In this document: positions 16,331 through 19,792 of the stretch, piece by piece | How positions within the stretch are numbered: the first letter of the stretch is position 1 | Layout: each line of letters starts with the position of its first letter | Assembly (NCBI GenBank): GCA_051439505.1 | Contig: JBFRWI010000153.1 | Span: 1-19,792, forward strand | Origin: Hormoscilla sp. | Lineage (GTDB): Bacteria; Cyanobacteriota; Cyanobacteriia; Cyanobacteriales; Desertifilaceae | Length of the DNA stretch: 19,792 bases | Direction of reading: 5' to 3' | The notes under the pieces: model-generated | Seen by the model: the letters and a program-made list of their open reading frames with translations, nothing else | Database searches by the model: none | What the model was told of the DNA's origin: nothing | Translations under genes and position numbers: made by a program

Positions 16331-18529
16331 CTACGAACTGGTTAATTCTAACAACTGCTTGAATTGGAATTTTTTCGCTAACTCTTCTAGGGTCGCAGCG
16401 ATCGCCCGATGTTCTCCTATTTTCTCTATCTGCATGAACATTGCTTCTAAATCTCCCTCCATCACTGCTTGGTGGAACTCGCTTCGCCACTCCGACGGAA
16501 AGCTTTTCATCATTTCTGGCGTCAGCTTAATTGTTGTCGCTTCGGTTGACCGTGCAGTTGGACTAGCTTCTTCATAAACATATTTGATTCCCAGATGTTT
16601 TTCCAGGGCTGTATATATTTCTTCCATCCGGAATGGTTTGCCGATCAAATCATCGAATCCCGCAGACAAAACAGATCTATGTTCCTCTGTCAACACGCTG
16701 GCAGTAACGGCAATGATTTTCGGCGCGTTAGCTTGCGATTTAATTTGCTGGCAAGCTACTTCCCCGTTCATGACTGGCATCCGCAAGTCCATGAATATGA
16801 GGTGGGGCACAAAGCTGCGGCAAAAGGCGATCGCCTCTTCCCCGTCCTTCCCTTCTAGCAAATCAAATCCTAAAGGTGCTAGCAGCTTAATTAACAGTTG
16901 CCGGTTGTCCCTTTGGTTATCGACAATTAAGATCCGATAGTGGTGTTTGGGATAAATGTCAATTATTTTTCCCCATGGTTGGGTAATTTTTACTGTGGCT
17001 TTCTCTACTATGGTAACCTTAACATTAAAAGCGAAAGTGCTGCCCTTGCCTACGGCGCTGCTAACCTCGATCGTACCCCCCATTAGTTCCAGGAAGCTAT
17101 GGGCGATCGCCAGTCCCAAACCGGTTCCCGACTGCGAGTCTTTGCCAGTAGCGGTTTGACTGAAGGGTTTAAACAGGTTAGCTAATTCTTCCGGGGCAAT
17201 TCCCGCGCCAGTATCTTCAACTTCAAACTCCAGCTTCGGAGTCATTCCCTCACCAGTACATCTAACCCGGACAGCAATTCCACCCCGGTCGGTAAATTTA
17301 ATCGCATTATTAATTAAATTTATCAATACCTGGCGCAACTTGACTTCATCGGTACAGACGTAACGGGGGAGATCCTCTGGCCGATCGACAATTAACTGCA
17401 ATCCCTTCTGCTGGCCTTTCAAGCCGAACAGATCTCTGATATTGTCTAGCAGCAGATAAAGGTCAAAGTTGGTTTCGTTAAGTGTCATCCGCCCCGCTTC
17501 AATTTTCGATACATCCAATACTTGGTTAATCAGCGTCAGCAGATATTCGCCACTGCGGGTAATGATGTCCAGGTTGCTTTGCTGGGAGGGGGTGATGTTG
17601 CGGTCTTTTGCCAGCAGCTGGGTAAAACCGAGAATGGCGTTCAGAGGCGTGCGCAATTCGTGAGACATGTTGGCCAGGAACGCACTTTTCGCCCGGTTGG
17701 CCACTTCCGCTGCTTCCTTTGCTTTCGCCAGGGCCACTTCCATTTCTTTGCGATCGCTGATGTCCGTTATTACCTCAACAAAGTTCGTCACCTTCCCGTT
17801 TTTATCATGTACCGGCGATATACTCAGTTGGTTCCAAAAAATTTTTCCATTCTTGCGGAAATTCTGAAGGACTACTTGACAAGAACGCCCTGTCTCAATA
17901 GCATGCCTAACCTCTGTAAATTCATCTTGATCTTTTTTATCTCCGCACAAGAAGCGACCGTTTTTGCCAATTGCTTCGGCGGCGGTGTACCCGGTAATAT
18001 TCTCAAACCCGGGATTGACGTAGATAATGGGATTATCTGGTCTTGTCGGATCCGTAACTATGATGCCGTTGGCCGAAGATTCGATCGCCCTTTCCAGCAG
18101 TTGCAATTGCTGATTTTTTTCCTCTAACTCTTGCTGGAGTCTTCTTTGTGTCAGGTGGCTTTCCACCCGCGCCAGGACTTCTTCTGCTTGAAAGGGCTTG
18201 GTGATAAAGTCAACACAACCCAGATCGAAGCCTTTGACTTTATCTACCGTTTCCGTTAACGCCGAGATAAAAATTATCGGAATCTCCCTGGTTTCTGCTT
18301 CCGCTTTTAAGGCTTCGCAAACGGCGTAACCGTCCATCTCCGGCATTCTAATATCCAGCAGGATTAAATCTGGCTTACTGGAGGCCACCGATCGCAGGGC
18401 CACTTCTCCGCTTTTTGCCGGGCGGGCTTTATATCCTTTGTTCGAGAGGATTTCGACTAGCAGCTGGAGATTTTTATGGTTGTCGTCAACTACCAATATA
18501 TTGCCACTGTTCTTGAGAGTTTCCATCAT
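16331..18529 (-). CDS. Soluble hybrid histidine kinase REC-PAS-HisKA-HATPase-REC
   Basis: [14 protein letters not shown] (DNPIIYVNPGFENITGY...NFRKNGKIFWNQLSISPV); [33 protein letters not shown]. Confidence 0.95.
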   Translation of the reverse strand: MMETLKNSGNILVVDDNHKNLQLLVEILSNKGYKARPAKSGEVALRSVASSKPDLILLDIRMPEMDGYAVCEALKAEAETREIPIIFISALTETVDKVKGFDLGCVDFITKPFQAEEVLARVESHLTQRRLQQELEEKNQQLQLLERAIESSANGIIVTDPTRPDNPIIYVNPGFENITGYTAAEAIGKNGRFLCGDKKDQDEFTEVRHAIETGRSCQVVLQNFRKNGKIFWNQLSISPVHDKNGKVTNFVEVITDISDRKEMEVALAKAKEAAEVANRAKSAFLANMSHELRTPLNAILGFTQLLAKDRNITPSQQSNLDIITRSGEYLLTLINQVLDVSKIEAGRMTLNETNFDLYLLLDNIRDLFGLKGQQKGLQLIVDRPEDLPRYVCTDEVKLRQVLINLINNAIKFTDRGGIAVRVRCTGEGMTPKLEFEVEDTGAGIAPEELANLFKPFSQTATGKDSQSGTGLGLAIAHSFLELMGGTIEVSSAVGKGSTFAFNVKVTIVEKATVKITQPWGKIIDIYPKHHYRILIVDNQRDNRQLLIKLLAPLGFDLLEGKDGEEAIAFCRSFVPHLIFMDLRMPVMNGEVACQQIKSQANAPKIIAVTASVLTEEHRSVLSAGFDDLIGKPFRMEEIYTALEKHLGIKYVYEEASPTARSTEATTIKLTPEMMKSFPSEWRSEFHQAVMEGDLEAMFMQIEKIGEHRAIAATLEELAKKFQFKQLLELTSS

Positions 18530-18685
18530 GGCCTAAATCTTCTTATTCGATCTTTTTTACTATCTAGCATATCTCAATCATGTGAGTTACACTAACACTT
18601 TGTCTTTACCTCTGTCGTCGTACTTCATAATGTAGAGAAATGCTAGAGAACTTTCATAGATTTGTGCTTCTATAGAGTAACCAGG

Positions 18686-18882
18686 GGGTGTGGTCAAAAC
18701 CCGTTGATCGTTTCTGGGATATACCAGCTGTCGGATACCCTGTAGGGGCGCTAGCGCAGCGGCTGCGCAGCAGCTAGCATTCTGGCGACAAATTATGACC
18801 ATAGATGACAGATGTTCTCTCAGAATGCTTCGCCCGGCACCCCGCGATAATCTCCCCGTACCAACTACTTTTGACCACACCC
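18686..18882. mobile_element. 197-bp MITE with 14-bp TIRs and an 8-bp target-site duplication
   Basis: GGGTGTGGTCAAAA / TTTTGACCACACCC, with GTAACCAG at 18677-18684 and 18883-18890 (one extra G on the left). Contains a GTAGGGGCG..GCATTC / GAATGCTTCGCCC REP pair and an SDR insert. Confidence 0.88.
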
Positions 18883-18973
18883 GTAACCAGCATACTAAAA
18901 AACTGGTAATTTCCGGAAAATACCGCTCCTTAGGCGGTTGACGCGGTTCGGCTCCGCTCACCGACCACGACGC

Positions 18974-18997
18974 AAAAAAGCCACTCTTCTGCGTGGC
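18974..18997 (-). terminator. Intrinsic terminator-like hairpin closing the omegaRNA
   Basis: GCCAC-GCAGAAGA-GTGGC-TTTTTT on the minus strand. Confidence 0.55.
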
Positions 18998-19243
18998 CAG
19001 TGACTATTTTGCTGCCTTTCGGCTCTCCCTAAAAAGGGGTAAAGTTTGCCTCGGTCAAGTTAAAGGAGCTTTTTACATCTAACTCACAAGGGACCACTAA
19101 ATCCATTCGTTCCGTTCCTTAAAGCCAGACGACAGAGCTACGAGCTGGCGCTCACCCCTAGGTGTCATGACCCCCCTAACGTAGGTCTGATCCTGGACCT
19201 GCACGCTTGCATCTTCCTTTCGGAGATAATTCCAACAAAGGTC
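18974..19243 (-). ncRNA. Orphan HEARO / omegaRNA-like structured RNA (IscB/IsrB guide scaffold)
   Basis: Minus-strand motifs in canonical order: GACCT..AGGTC-CAG, CTACGTT, GTCATGACACC, GCCAGCTC..GCTCTGTC, TAAC.TGACCGAGGCAAACTTTACC, then a GAAA hairpin. Stems GTTAGGGGGG/CTCCTTTAAC and GTCTGGCTT/GAGTTAGAT can pair. Confidence 0.8.
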
Positions 19244-19366
19244 AGAAATTACCGGATTTTATGCAAGAGGAAGATAAAGCAATTGAGTTTGCTTTCATAG
19301 CAATAATACTAATATACAGTATCTGTTTGCCGAACCGCTAGCCCCGATCGCTGCTAAGTCTCCTGG

Positions 19367-19760
19367 CCCGCCTTCCCTGTCTCGTGGGAGCGCTATTCGC
19401 ACTACCCACGAGACAGGGAGGGTTCAAACCCCGCGTTACCAGGCGGTCCCCAGGTAACGAGGCTGAAGTTGGTTTTCAACCGACTGAAAGCAAAGCCTTA
19501 TGGAAAAAGTATTTTACCTTCGTTTTACCCTCGTTCCCTGGCTCCCGCCTGGGAACGAGGGAACGAGGCTCCGCCTCTAGTTGCGAATGGTGCAAGATAT
19601 GAGTTTCAACTGAAATATTGCAACTGTCGCAACAAGCCGCATCTGGTTCACACAGGGGCCTTGAGCAACGTGAGTTCGTAGTTCGAGATTGCTAGCGCTC
19701 CTGCGTCGCGCCGCTACGCTAACGTACCTCGCAACGCTGCGCGGTTCGTAGTTCGTAGTT
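19367..19760. repeat. Cluster of nested palindromic repeats
   Basis: Perfect 15-bp stem 19374-19388/19405-19419, GTTACCAGG/GTTCCC-type hairpins (19433-19461, 19530-19578), an SDR-like element at 19691-19723, and GTTCGTA heptamers. Confidence 0.8.
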
Positions 19761-19792
19761 GGGGATCTCCCGAACGCAATCATGCGGGTTTG

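Larger units (their letters stand above)
539..17757. repeat. HIP1 octamer GCGATCGC, dispersed
   Basis: At least 18 copies counted by eye (e.g. 539, 1235, 3092, 3143, 3903, 5056, 5730, 6303, 6340, 7429, 8283, 10032, 10949, 14881, 16398, 16827, 17103, 17750). Confidence 0.95.
18915..19243 (-). mobile_element. Non-autonomous IS200/IS605 (IscB/IsrB-type) remnant consisting of the omegaRNA and a terminal hairpin
   Basis: HEARO scaffold followed on the minus strand by an ACCGCCTAAGGAGCGGT hairpin resembling an IS605-type end. The flanks join into a palindrome. Boundaries are approximate. Confidence 0.6.

Noticed and set aside
17800..18100. PAS domain as a LOV photoreceptor
   Set aside because: The motif reads GKNGRFLCG, lacking the NCRFLQ cysteine, so it is not a canonical LOV domain.
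18587..19783. ORFs 18587-18961, 19384-19602, 19469-19681 and 19577-19783, including as a possible iscB remnant
   Set aside because: They run through MITE/REP sequence and show no PLMP, RuvC or HNH motifs.

Overview
Genomic window from a filamentous (Oscillatoriales-like) cyanobacterium, rich in HIP1 (GCGATCGC) sites. Left to right it holds: the 5' part of a large acidic adhesin-like gene (two N-terminal YPDV repeats plus tandem Ig/cadherin-like repeats, absent from the ORF track because it runs off the window); a decayed DUF2281/PIN toxin-antitoxin pair cut by a nested MITE; an IscS/NifS cysteine desulfurase; a small Zn-finger/ParE-like ORF; a comA-type PLD-HhH competence gene split by a -1 frameshift; an intact UPF0175/DUF3368 pair; a CBS-type histidine kinase with two pseudo-receiver domains divergent from an intact kaiABC clock operon; and a convergent operon of two soluble hybrid histidine kinases plus an ATP-grasp enzyme. 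Intergenic DNA is packed with nested REP/MITE/small dispersed repeats. The most notable unannotated feature is a complete-looking orphan HEARO/omegaRNA (IscB-type guide scaffold) on the minus strand at ~18974-19243. It has no iscB ORF, ends in a terminator-like hairpin, and sits inside a palindrome so that its putative guide resembles its own other flank. All calls were made by eye, without database searches.
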